A program made the position numbers and the translations under genes. From Pseudomonadota bacterium (GTDB lineage Bacteria > Pseudomonadota > Alphaproteobacteria > Rhizobiales > Rhizobiaceae), in NCBI GenBank assembly GCA_039180085.1, contig JBCDDX010000017.1, forward strand, positions 4,117 to 68,116: DNA of 64,000 nucleotides, given 5' to 3'. This document shows, one piece after another, positions 35,677-45,049 of this stretch; within the stretch, counting starts at the first letter, position 1; each line of letters begins with the position of its first letter. The notes beneath the pieces are model-generated. The model had not been told where the DNA came from. It ran no database searches and was given only the letters and a program-made list of their open reading frames with translations.

Positions 35677-36621
35677 ATGGACAATCAGCCTTTCTCTGCC
35701 CGTGATCTTCGCGATGCACTGTCGCGGTTTGCAACCGGTATAACAATCATCACCGCGACCGATGCGGCCGGTGAACCCGTTGGCATGACCGCTTCGAGCT
35801 TCAATTCGGTCTCCATGGATCCGCCGTTGATATTGTGGAGCGTGACCAAAACGGCGCTTTCAGCGCAGGCTTTTCATGATGCAAAGCATTTTGCAGTTCA
35901 TGTTCTGGCGCGCGATCAGATGGATTTGTCGAACCGATTTGCCAAAAGCGGAACCGATAAATTTTCGGGGCTGAAACTGGACTACTGCGCCAATGGTGTC
36001 CCGCTTTTGAGCGAAACCGCCGCGCGGTTCGATTGCCAGCAATGGGCTGTCTACGAGGGCGGCGATCACTGGATCATCGTTGGGCAGGTTCTGGGTATCA
36101 GCAGTTCCAATGATGACCCGCTCGTATTTGCCAACGGGACTTACGCGATTGCCAATCCGTTGCGACCCGACATCGAAACCGATCGCAAGGTTGGTGATCA
36201 ATCAAGCCCGATTGACGGGTTGCTGATCTACAACCTGTCGCGCGCTTACCGGCAACTGGCTGACCGGTTCCATGACATTGTGCGTGGAAGCGGCCTGACG
36301 CTTTCGGAATGGCGCGTTTTGGCGTCGCTACACGGTCATGTTTCGCGCGATTTCAACGATCTCGCCGTTCGCACATTCGTTGACCCTGCCGCTCTCTCCG
36401 ATCTGTTGACTGAGATGGGCGAAGAAGGTTTGTGCACCGTTGATCGCGATGGCGCAGTCGTCACGGTGCGTGCAACGCGTGCGGGGCACGAGCGGGTTGA
36501 ACACCTGTTTGAATTCGGCGAAAAGCTCGAGCAAACAACACTCAGCAACACAAATGATCTGCAGGATCTGATCAATCTGTTGCGGGAGGTCATTGCGAAC
36601 ACCGATCATGACATCGTCTGA
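35677..36621 (+). CDS. hpaC: flavin reductase (HpaC-like) fused to a C-terminal MarR-type winged helix
   Basis: LRDALSRFATG, TASSFNSVSMDPPLILWS, GGDHWIIVG; C-terminal GLTLSEWRVLASL wHTH-like region. Confidence 0.8.
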   Translation: MDNQPFSARDLRDALSRFATGITIITATDAAGEPVGMTASSFNSVSMDPPLILWSVTKTALSAQAFHDAKHFAVHVLARDQMDLSNRFAKSGTDKFSGLKLDYCANGVPLLSETAARFDCQQWAVYEGGDHWIIVGQVLGISSSNDDPLVFANGTYAIANPLRPDIETDRKVGDQSSPIDGLLIYNLSRAYRQLADRFHDIVRGSGLTLSEWRVLASLHGHVSRDFNDLAVRTFVDPAALSDLLTEMGEEGLCTVDRDGAVVTVRATRAGHERVEHLFEFGEKLEQTTLSNTNDLQDLINLLREVIANTDHDIV

Positions 36622-36847
36622 TCTGCACCCTGTTTATTCTGCGACGCTGAATTAACGTATCCGCTTTTCATTAAATGTGACGTGCTGAGCCGCCACACTG
36701 CCGGTCTCGTTAGGGTGAATTTAGTCTTTACTCTGTGAAATGGTCATGCAACCAGACTGCAACCAGGCGATCACACAGTCATGACGACGACCAATAATCC
36801 GTTCATATTGCGCGGAAATTGATGATTGCCCGAATTTGGGTAAATGA

Positions 36848-38131
36848 ATGCGGGATTTCTTGTCTGCACGATGGCGTGGAATTCATTTCACGATTGCGCT
36901 CGTCCTGATTCCATTTCTGGCCTATCTGGGCAGTGACCTTTACAACAACGCCTGGCTGCGCAACCTGAGCATCACCAACTCGTTCTTCGGGTTGGTCTTC
37001 GCCATCGCGTTCGGATATTTTATGCAGCGGCGTTTGACGTTCTACCCCGGTGTTACCGTTGCCTCCTACATTGTGCTGAGCCATTCGCTGGCGTTTGCTG
37101 TTCTGATCGCGGTCTATTTCGGCCTGCGCCTGGAGTACAGCCGCTCCATGCTGCTGCTTGGATATTTCATGTCGCTCCTGTGGTTTCTGGGTTGGGATTT
37201 CGTGATGCGTCGCTCGGTGACCACACGCATGGCCATCATCAAGGGCGGAAACTATAAGGACGTTCAGAACAACCGGGTGATTGCCTGGTCGGTTCTGGAA
37301 AAGCCGGAGGATTACAGCCCGCAAATGGGGGCGATTGTTGCTGACCTGCGTCATGATCACGGCGCGACCTGGGAGAGTTTTCTCGCCAAGGCTGCTCTGT
37401 CCGGCATCGCCGTTTATCACAGCAAGCAGGTTCAGGAAAATCTGTCTGGTGCCGTTTCGGTGGAGCATCTTTCGGAAAACACGTTCGGATCGCTGATGCC
37501 GAACAGTGTCTATTTCGGTATCAAATCGCTGCTCGATTGGATCGCGGCGCTGGTCTTGCTGCCCTTTTTGCTGCCTGTTCTGATTGTCATTGCGGGCCTG
37601 GTGAAATCATCGTCTCCGGGACCGGTCTTCTTTCTGCAGAACCGTGTTGGCCATCGCGGTCACGTGTTCCGGTTGATTAAATTTCGCACGATGGAACAGA
37701 AGTCCACGAAGCCTCGTGAGGTGACGGGTGGTGAAGACGCAAATGTGTCGCTCGATGACTACATGACCAAGGACGATGATATGCGGGTCATCCGCTACGG
37801 TCGTATGCTGCGCCAGTTCCGGCTGGATGAGCTGCCGCAAATCTTCAACATTCTGCGCGGCGAAATGAGCTGGATCGGACCAAGACCGGAAGCGGTGGAA
37901 TTGTCACAGTATTACGAGTCGCAAATCCCGTTTTACAGCTATCGCCACATTGTGCGGCCGGGAATTTCCGGTTGGGCGCAGGTGAATCAGGGCCATGTCA
38001 CCGACAAGAATGAAGTGGCGATGAAGGTCCGTTACGACTTTTTCTACATCAAGTATTTTTCCGCCTGGCTGGATTTTCTGATCATTTTCAAGACGGTGAA
38101 AACCGTGCTCTTTCGCCGGGGGGCGAAATGA
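36848..38131 (+). CDS. priming (undecaprenyl-phosphate) glycosyl-1-phosphate transferase
   Basis: Four N-terminal TMs; KFRTM, LRQFRLDELPQIFNILRGEMSWIGPRPE, VRPGISGWAQVN. Confidence 0.9.
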   Translation: MRDFLSARWRGIHFTIALVLIPFLAYLGSDLYNNAWLRNLSITNSFFGLVFAIAFGYFMQRRLTFYPGVTVASYIVLSHSLAFAVLIAVYFGLRLEYSRSMLLLGYFMSLLWFLGWDFVMRRSVTTRMAIIKGGNYKDVQNNRVIAWSVLEKPEDYSPQMGAIVADLRHDHGATWESFLAKAALSGIAVYHSKQVQENLSGAVSVEHLSENTFGSLMPNSVYFGIKSLLDWIAALVLLPFLLPVLIVIAGLVKSSSPGPVFFLQNRVGHRGHVFRLIKFRTMEQKSTKPREVTGGEDANVSLDDYMTKDDDMRVIRYGRMLRQFRLDELPQIFNILRGEMSWIGPRPEAVELSQYYESQIPFYSYRHIVRPGISGWAQVNQGHVTDKNEVAMKVRYDFFYIKYFSAWLDFLIIFKTVKTVLFRRGAK

Positions 38132-38179
38132 TGCGTAGCGCTGATTTCCACCCATGCACTGGTCGTCGGGATTGATCGC

Positions 38180-38926
38180 GTGAAGATTTCTGTTCTCACG
38201 GTTTGCTACAACAGCGCTGAAACCATTGCGCACACGCTGGACAGCTTTTGTGCTCAAACGCATGAAGACAAGGAGCTTGTGATCATTGACGGCGCTTCAA
38301 CGGACGACACACTGGCAGTGGTCGATCGATATCGGCAGCCCGGCATAACGGTGTTGTCCGAGCCGGATCGCGGTATGTACGACGCTTTGAACAAAGGGCT
38401 TGGCCTTTTTACCGGCGATGCATTTGGCGTTCTCAATGCCGATGACACTTATTCAGGGCCAAATGCGCTTGCCACCATCGCAACCGGTCTTGCCGATGCT
38501 GACATGGTGCATGGCAATTTGCGTTTCGTTGAAGATCATGAAGCCAAGCGTGTGGTTCGCCGCTGGACCGCGTCCGATCCCGGTGAGCGGCATTTCCGTT
38601 CCGGATGGATGCCCGCCCACCCGACATTCTACGTTCGCCGGCATGTTGCTGAAGATGTGGGGCTGTTTGACCTGCAATATAAAACCGCATCGGATTATGA
38701 CTGGATGATGCGGGCGGTTCGCGCCGGACATCATACACTTGGACGCATAGACGAAACTCTGGTCGATATGCAGCAGGGTGGCAAAAGCACAGTCAGCCTG
38801 CGGTCACATATTGACCATAATCTGGAGGCATTGCGCGCGCGGCGAAAATGGCTGGGCGCGGGCCTGGTGGATTATGCCTTGTTTGCAAAACCACTCGGCA
38901 AAATAGGGCAGTATTTTCAAAGGTAA
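38180..38926 (+). CDS. GT2 glycosyltransferase (WcaE-like)
   Basis: ISVLTVCYN, IIDGASTDDT, SEPDRGMYDALNKG, LNADD. Confidence 0.88.
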   Translation: MKISVLTVCYNSAETIAHTLDSFCAQTHEDKELVIIDGASTDDTLAVVDRYRQPGITVLSEPDRGMYDALNKGLGLFTGDAFGVLNADDTYSGPNALATIATGLADADMVHGNLRFVEDHEAKRVVRRWTASDPGERHFRSGWMPAHPTFYVRRHVAEDVGLFDLQYKTASDYDWMMRAVRAGHHTLGRIDETLVDMQQGGKSTVSLRSHIDHNLEALRARRKWLGAGLVDYALFAKPLGKIGQYFQR

Positions 38927-39201
38927 GCCGTCACAAGACGGTGCAGAAGCGGGCAATTCATGTTATTGAATGAATGGATTGGCCATTCAAATGCCACAAG
39001 TCGTTGCCAAGCCGCTGTATGAGGCTGTAAGACAAGCGGAAATATGACGTAGGGTCATATTCAAGCAGGGCACTCCGTTCGTCTTCTTTATTGGCAATAC
39101 CTTTTGGTGGATGGTAAAATTTGCGTTCTAACGGATCTTCGGGGTTGGGCGTCGTACCAACCGGACGTTGAGGGCATGACTGAAGGATCTGGCGGCATCC
39201 A

Positions 39202-41544
39202 ATGAACAATCTCCCAACTTCTTCCGGCGCATTGATGCCGAGATCAGACGGCGTGTTACCAGCTTTTGCGCAACCGCAATATGGCTACCATATCGGCTAT
39301 GATCAGCCGCACAATGATGGCGGCTTCGATCTCGTAAAGCTCTTCTACCGTATTTTGAAATATCGCTGGATGGTGGCGGCCTTCATTCTGGCCGGCATTA
39401 TTGGCGGAATTGTCTTTACCTATATGCAAACCCCGCAATATCGCGCGACGACATCGCTGGAGATTGTGACATCGGGTGCGAAGGTGTTCAGCGATTTTGA
39501 AGTCGTTGGGCAAGCGTCGGATTTCCGGGTGTATGAAACCGCGCGCGAAAAAATGCTGTCGCGTGATCTGGCCGCGCGGGTGGCCTTCAAACTCAATCTT
39601 GCCAACAATGAGACGTTTCTCGCACCGGCGCCATCCTTCTCGTTCTTCAACATTTTTCGCCGTATCTTCAACATCGACAACACGGCTGACCTGGACGAGC
39701 TCACTCCGGAACAGCGTCAACGCTATGCTCAATCGGTGATCCGGGGCGGCACCGAAGTCTCACTGGTGCGCAACACCAGCATCCTGCAACTCAGCTTCTC
39801 GCATCCTGATCCTGCCCTTTCGGCAGAGGTGGCCAACGAACTGGCGCGAAGCTATATCGACCAATTTGTAGATCAGACGAGTGAGACATCGGAACTGGCC
39901 CGTCAGTTCATTGCCGAGAAGGTCGCCGAGGCCAAGATCAAGCTTCAGGATTCGGAAAAAGAACTCGTCGAATATGCGCAGCAGGAGCGGATAACGCTGA
40001 CCGGCGATGATGTTTCACTCATCACTTCGAATATCGTGGAAATTAACCGTGCGCTGTCGGAAGCCATTCAGGAACGTCTGGCCTCGGAGAGCATCAATCA
40101 GCAAATCAACGAGGGGGCGTCGGCATCGCTTCCGGACGTGTTCAAGAGTGACTCGATTTCAAAGACCAAGCTTTCGATTGCTGAACTGAGCGCAAGGTAT
40201 CAGGAAAAACTGAGCACGCTGAAGCCGAATTTTCCGGAAATGAAACAGCTTCAGGCGCAGATCACCGAACTCAGAAATCAGGTGAACGCCGAGGTCGCCG
40301 CACTTGCCCGGTCCGAACAAATCAAACTGGAACAGATCAAGGTCAAGGAAGCCTCACTGCGTTCGGAACTGGCGCAACTGGAAGCCCAACAATCCATTTT
40401 TCAGGAAAAGAACATTCAGTACACGATCCTCAAACGAGAGGTCGATTCCAACCGCAAGCAATATGACGCGCTGGTTGATAAGCTGAATGAGGTTGGCATC
40501 GGGTCTGAAATCAAATCCTCAAATGCTTCCATTGTTGATGCCGCCACGCGGCCATCAGGCCCGTTCTCTCCACGCCTTTCCATCAATGTTCTGAGTTTTG
40601 TCGCGCTGTCGATTTTCCTTGTTGGCTTGGCGATCTACATATTCGAACTGCTCAACAATACCTTCACGACCCCCGATCAGGTCGAATCGGAACTGAACAC
40701 GCCGGTGCTCGGTATCATCCCGCTGGTCGAAGACCCGCTCGATACCAATCCACAATCGAAAGTCTCGGAAGCTTTCCGAACGTTGCGAACGTCGGTTCAG
40801 TTCACCGGAACGGACACCACGCTCAAAACCATTCTGGTGACGAGTTCGGAACCATCGGAAGCGAAAACCACCGTCGCCTTCCGTTTGGCCGAAGGCTACG
40901 CCGCTTTGGGCCGAAAGGTTCTGGTGATCGATGCGGATATGCGCAAGCCGCGCATGCACCGTCTGCTCAACCTCGAAAACGGAATGGGGTTGAGCAACCT
41001 GCTCGCCAATGTGGTGCCGAAAGGTCAGGTCGTCGATATCTTCAAAGACACGCATATTCCCGGTGTCTCATTCCTGTCGGCCGGCACAATTGTGCCCAAC
41101 CCTGCAGACCTGCTCGCGTCCAACCGGATGAGCTTTACACTGCATTTTTGCGCGAAGAAGTTTGATCTGATCATCGTGGATTCTCCACCGGTCATGGGCT
41201 TGTCCGATGCCCCTATTCTGAGCCGGCTTGTCGATGGTACTCTGTATGTTGTGTCGTCACGACAGGTGACCAAGAAGGCCGCCGTCAACGCCTCGGAGCG
41301 GTTGCGCAATGCGGGGGCGAGCATTATTGGCGCCGTTCTGACAAAATTTGACGCGCAGAACCTCGATTACAAGTACGAATACAAGTACATGCAGCAGGAC
41401 TATTACGAGTATGCGTTGCCTGAGCCGAAAAAACCATTTCTGGCGCTCGGTATGAAGGGTGGAAAAGAGGACCGGTCTGATGGCGATAATCCGCGCGGCT
41501 TTTTTGCTGTTTTTTTCAATCGTTTCCTGCGGCGTAGCGCTTAA
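39202..41544 (+). CDS. wzc: polysaccharide co-polymerase/BY tyrosine kinase (Wzc/GumC/ExoP)
   Basis: Two TMs flanking a coiled-coil; SEAFRTLRT, TSSEPSEAKTT, VIDADMRKP, IIVDSPP; C-terminal Tyr cluster YKYEYKY..DYYEY. Confidence 0.9.
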   Translation: MNNLPTSSGALMPRSDGVLPAFAQPQYGYHIGYDQPHNDGGFDLVKLFYRILKYRWMVAAFILAGIIGGIVFTYMQTPQYRATTSLEIVTSGAKVFSDFEVVGQASDFRVYETAREKMLSRDLAARVAFKLNLANNETFLAPAPSFSFFNIFRRIFNIDNTADLDELTPEQRQRYAQSVIRGGTEVSLVRNTSILQLSFSHPDPALSAEVANELARSYIDQFVDQTSETSELARQFIAEKVAEAKIKLQDSEKELVEYAQQERITLTGDDVSLITSNIVEINRALSEAIQERLASESINQQINEGASASLPDVFKSDSISKTKLSIAELSARYQEKLSTLKPNFPEMKQLQAQITELRNQVNAEVAALARSEQIKLEQIKVKEASLRSELAQLEAQQSIFQEKNIQYTILKREVDSNRKQYDALVDKLNEVGIGSEIKSSNASIVDAATRPSGPFSPRLSINVLSFVALSIFLVGLAIYIFELLNNTFTTPDQVESELNTPVLGIIPLVEDPLDTNPQSKVSEAFRTLRTSVQFTGTDTTLKTILVTSSEPSEAKTTVAFRLAEGYAALGRKVLVIDADMRKPRMHRLLNLENGMGLSNLLANVVPKGQVVDIFKDTHIPGVSFLSAGTIVPNPADLLASNRMSFTLHFCAKKFDLIIVDSPPVMGLSDAPILSRLVDGTLYVVSSRQVTKKAAVNASERLRNAGASIIGAVLTKFDAQNLDYKYEYKYMQQDYYEYALPEPKKPFLALGMKGGKEDRSDGDNPRGFFAVFFNRFLRRSA

Positions 41545-42733
41545 CGCGATCAGCAATTTCACAGCCTCGGCGAGTCCTGAAACATCGCTGCAACTCAACC
41601 CGCTCAATCTGCGCGCCAGACTGCGTCATGTTCGCCAAATGCTGGCTCCACCAAATGTGAGCGATGAGTCGCGGGCCCAGGCTGAGGAGATCGCGACGAG
41701 GGGCCTTCGGCTTGAACCCTTTGATGCGCGGCTTTATGCGCTCGCCGGGTTTGCGAAAGAAGATCAGAAAGCAGCAACCACGCAAGCCTATTATCAGCAT
41801 GCGCTGAGGCTGCTGCCCATTGAACGCCTGGCCCTAATCCAAAGGCTTGTGCACCACATTGATAATGGCCAGCCGAAAGAATCGGTGGACCTGTTGGAGA
41901 TGTTTTTTGTGCGCTGGCGGGATCAATGGTCCGCTATGGCACCGCTCATTCCGGCGATTGCGACAGATGAAACCGCTTATGACGCTTTGGTCGAGCGGTT
42001 TGTCACGCGTCCCGGCGGGCTTTACGGTCTCGTCACACCTTTGGCGCGCGAAGCTCAGACATTGCCTGTTGCGGAACGGCTGGTGAGAGATGCTTATCGA
42101 CGCTCCGGGGTCAACGTTCGGCGTTCCGCCAATTATACCGTGGAAAAATTGTTTGCCGCCGGGGAACCACGCAGAGCCTATTTCCTGTTTCTCCAGACGC
42201 TGAGTGACGTTGAAAAGGAAGAAGCAGGTTACGTCTATAATGGCAGCTTTGATCTTGTGCCAAACCGCAACAGGTTCGACTGGACCATGCGCAATCAGGG
42301 TGGAACGAATGTACGCCGAGTGTCTCGCAGCGTTCCGGCTGATGATCCATCACAGGCGAAACTCGCGAACAGTGCGGAAATCAGCTTCCTGAATACCCCG
42401 GTTAATTTTCGCGGCCTCAGCCAGTACCTCTATCTGCCGCCCGGGCCTTTTGAATTGAGCCTCACGCACTCAACGCGTGGTTTCAAGTCGCCAAAGCCGT
42501 TCACACTGGAGGTCCGGTGTGTGCAGGGAACCCGCAGAATTTCCAGCGTTGAAATTCAACAGGGCGATGCCCGTGAGAAGACGGTGACTACCGCGTTTTC
42601 TGTTCCGGTCCGGAATTGTGGTTTGCAGCAGATTACCTTTCGTACGGACCCGATTGTCGAAAGCTGGCGCAATCGTTTTTCCGGAACCGTTCTGGTTCAT
42701 GATGTCAGTTTGCGACTGGTGACCCAGCAATGA
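41480..42733 (+). CDS. membrane-anchored hypothetical protein (TPR-like helices plus C-terminal beta-sandwich)
   Basis: N-terminal TM; helical repeats (LRLEPFDARLYAL, YQHALRLLP); YNGSF...FDW then a beta-rich C-terminus; overlaps the wzc end and is ATGA-coupled to the next gene. Confidence 0.65.
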   Translation: MAIIRAAFLLFFSIVSCGVALNAISNFTASASPETSLQLNPLNLRARLRHVRQMLAPPNVSDESRAQAEEIATRGLRLEPFDARLYALAGFAKEDQKAATTQAYYQHALRLLPIERLALIQRLVHHIDNGQPKESVDLLEMFFVRWRDQWSAMAPLIPAIATDETAYDALVERFVTRPGGLYGLVTPLAREAQTLPVAERLVRDAYRRSGVNVRRSANYTVEKLFAAGEPRRAYFLFLQTLSDVEKEEAGYVYNGSFDLVPNRNRFDWTMRNQGGTNVRRVSRSVPADDPSQAKLANSAEISFLNTPVNFRGLSQYLYLPPGPFELSLTHSTRGFKSPKPFTLEVRCVQGTRRISSVEIQQGDAREKTVTTAFSVPVRNCGLQQITFRTDPIVESWRNRFSGTVLVHDVSLRLVTQQ

Positions 42734-44013
42734 CTTCGATCACCGGGTTGGAACCTGCTCCCAAACGCGTGCGCAAACCTGTCTTGGGTGATCCGGGGTT
42801 GGCTTTGAGCACTGTTTCGCGAAATCTCTTCGGCTTGCTTCTGGCAATTGGTATCGTGCTCGGCGGTGGTACGCAGAACGGTATCTGGACTGACAGTCTT
42901 ATAGAACTTCTGCTCATTCCCATGGTTATCTGGGGTGCCTGGCATATGTCTCACAGCCGCCTCAGCGTTTCGGTCAAAATCTTGTCCGTTGTGATTCTCT
43001 TCGTTCTCCTCGCTCAGTTTTTGCCATTTGCTCCGCCGCTTGCGCTTCCGGACTTCAATGGCACAGCATCCGGCCAGATGTTCTGGAGCGCCTCTCCGTC
43101 GCGGGCGCTGGAAGCTTTCTTTTTCGGGGTCACTTGCGTTGGCGTGTTCTGGTTCGTTGGCAATCTGGAAACCAGAGAACAGATCGCCCTGTTGCGGTTT
43201 GTCTTTCTGGCTGTCGGCATTCATTGCATGCTGGCGATTGTTCAGCTTTCCTATGACAGTCAGTCCAACTTTGAGACGGTGCTGCCCTTTACGATCCGGG
43301 CGGGTCTGTTTGCCAATGAGAACCATTTCTCAACGCTGCTTTCGATGATGATCCCGCTTCTCGCCTGGCGTTATGCCATTGTGTCGCGTCACCTCTGGGC
43401 TTTTCTGCTGGTTTCCATTCTCATCGCCGGATTGCTTTTTGCAGCAGGTTCAAGAGCCGGTATGGCATTTGCCAGTTCTCTGGTCGTACTAAGCCTGTTC
43501 TGGCTGCAGTTCCGTTCGCTTCACCCAATAGTCAAATTGGGTGTTTTGGCGATTGTGATTGTGTTGGGGTTCACCGGACTGGTTTTTTCCGATGCTGAAG
43601 AAGCCATTCAGCAAGACCTGCGAAGCCTGTATTTCGCCAATACATGGGAAGCAATCAAAGATCACTGGATTTTCGGAACCGGGCTTGGAACATTCGTAGC
43701 CGTTTATCCGCTTTACGAAGCACGTGAGGAGATTGTGAGTGTTTATGCGAACCACGCTCACAATGACTATCTTGAACTCATGCTGGAAGGCGGGCTGATG
43801 TTCCTGATACCGATGGTTTCAGGCGCTGTTCTGATCGTATTGCGTGCTCTCAAAAAGAACAGGATGGATGTATTGGCACTGAGCCTTGCGCCGGTGCTTG
43901 TTCACAGCATTGTGGACTATCCACTGCGCACCTTTGCTGTCGCACTCGTCTTTTCTGTTCTGGCCGCGATGGTGTTTTCTCGCCGCTCGCCAAGCGACAG
44001 ATTCGGGTATTAA
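42730..44013 (+). CDS. O-antigen ligase/Wzy_C family membrane protein
   Basis: GLFANENH, GSRAG, FGTGLGTF, HAHNDYLELMLEGG, HSIVDYPLR. Confidence 0.82.
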   Translation: MTSITGLEPAPKRVRKPVLGDPGLALSTVSRNLFGLLLAIGIVLGGGTQNGIWTDSLIELLLIPMVIWGAWHMSHSRLSVSVKILSVVILFVLLAQFLPFAPPLALPDFNGTASGQMFWSASPSRALEAFFFGVTCVGVFWFVGNLETREQIALLRFVFLAVGIHCMLAIVQLSYDSQSNFETVLPFTIRAGLFANENHFSTLLSMMIPLLAWRYAIVSRHLWAFLLVSILIAGLLFAAGSRAGMAFASSLVVLSLFWLQFRSLHPIVKLGVLAIVIVLGFTGLVFSDAEEAIQQDLRSLYFANTWEAIKDHWIFGTGLGTFVAVYPLYEAREEIVSVYANHAHNDYLELMLEGGLMFLIPMVSGAVLIVLRALKKNRMDVLALSLAPVLVHSIVDYPLRTFAVALVFSVLAAMVFSRRSPSDRFGY

Positions 44014-44158
44014 ATCAGCCATTCCGTTCAAGATGCTTGCTGCATAATCGTCTTAAATCAACTGTTTAGGACGGTTTCGGCAAACCTTCTGTCTTTCATC
44101 TTATCCCCGTCGGCCGCTGTCCTCGTAGTCTGCACCCTCCTGGTTCACGGAGGTCGAC

Positions 44159-45049
44159 ATGGAAAAAACAGAATTGCTGCAATTGCCCTATATTATGGAG
44201 GCTCAGGCGCAAAAGCATGTGACGCATAACGAGGCAATACGCATGTTGGACGCGCTTTTACATTTGAGCGCGGTCAGTCGCTCCGCATTGTCGCCGCCTG
44301 CTGAGCCTGCACCCGGAACGCGATATCTTATTCCCAATGGTGCTTTGGGTGACTGGGAAAGTCGGGGTGATCAGATCGCCGTTTTCCAGGATGGGGCCTG
44401 GGAATATTTTCAGCCGGGTAGTGGCTGGAAGCTATGGCTGGAAGATGAGGCCACGCCTCTTGTATTTGACGGCACCGTTTGGGCACCCCTCGTTGATCCT
44501 GACTATGACAATCTGCCCTCCGTTGGTGTCAACACCCAGGCCGATCCGACAAACCGTCTGGCCGTCAAATCGCCAGCCGTTCTGTTCAGCCACGACGATT
44601 CGTCTCAAAGCGAAGACATGCGTTTGGTACTGAACAAGTTTGCGCCTTCGGCGACGGCTTCCATTATTTTCCAATCCGCATTCACCGGCCATGCAGAGTT
44701 TGGGCTTGCAGGAAACAACGACTTTCTCCTGAAGGTTTCAGATGGGAACGGCAACTGGTTCAACGCCATTGAAGCACGACATACCGATGGCGCGGTATTC
44801 GTGCCCCACGCTCAGCCATCCTCCGTGACCCGCTCGAACATGGATACGAATGGCCTGTTCACGACGGTCGAAAACTATCGCCCGGATGGCTCGCTTTGGC
44901 GGCGCTCCGTCTTGTCCGGCGGTCAATCGCCGGAATATGCGCAACGCGATTTGTCAGTCTTCGATGCAACGGGATCGACCAGTGTGGCCCAATACACATT
45001 TGATCTGACTTACGCGAACGGCGTTCTTGTTGAGGAGACTGTGCGATGA
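44159..45049 (+). CDS. DUF2793 protein (GTA/phage head-spike base-like, RcGTA GhsA/Rcc01079 family)
   Basis: LQLPYIMEAQAQKHVTHNEAIRMLDAL...PP.EP..G.RYLI...GDW...QIAVFQDGAW.Y..P..GW, then GVNT.AD.TNRLAVKS and GHAEFGLAGNNDF.LKVS; GGAGG RBS. Confidence 0.85.
   Translation: MEKTELLQLPYIMEAQAQKHVTHNEAIRMLDALLHLSAVSRSALSPPAEPAPGTRYLIPNGALGDWESRGDQIAVFQDGAWEYFQPGSGWKLWLEDEATPLVFDGTVWAPLVDPDYDNLPSVGVNTQADPTNRLAVKSPAVLFSHDDSSQSEDMRLVLNKFAPSATASIIFQSAFTGHAEFGLAGNNDFLLKVSDGNGNWFNAIEARHTDGAVFVPHAQPSSVTRSNMDTNGLFTTVENYRPDGSLWRRSVLSGGQSPEYAQRDLSVFDATGSTSVAQYTFDLTYANGVLVEETVR

Noticed and set aside
44053-44068. CtrA box upstream of the DUF2793 gene
   Set aside because: TTAA-N8-TTTA has the wrong spacing and a mismatch.
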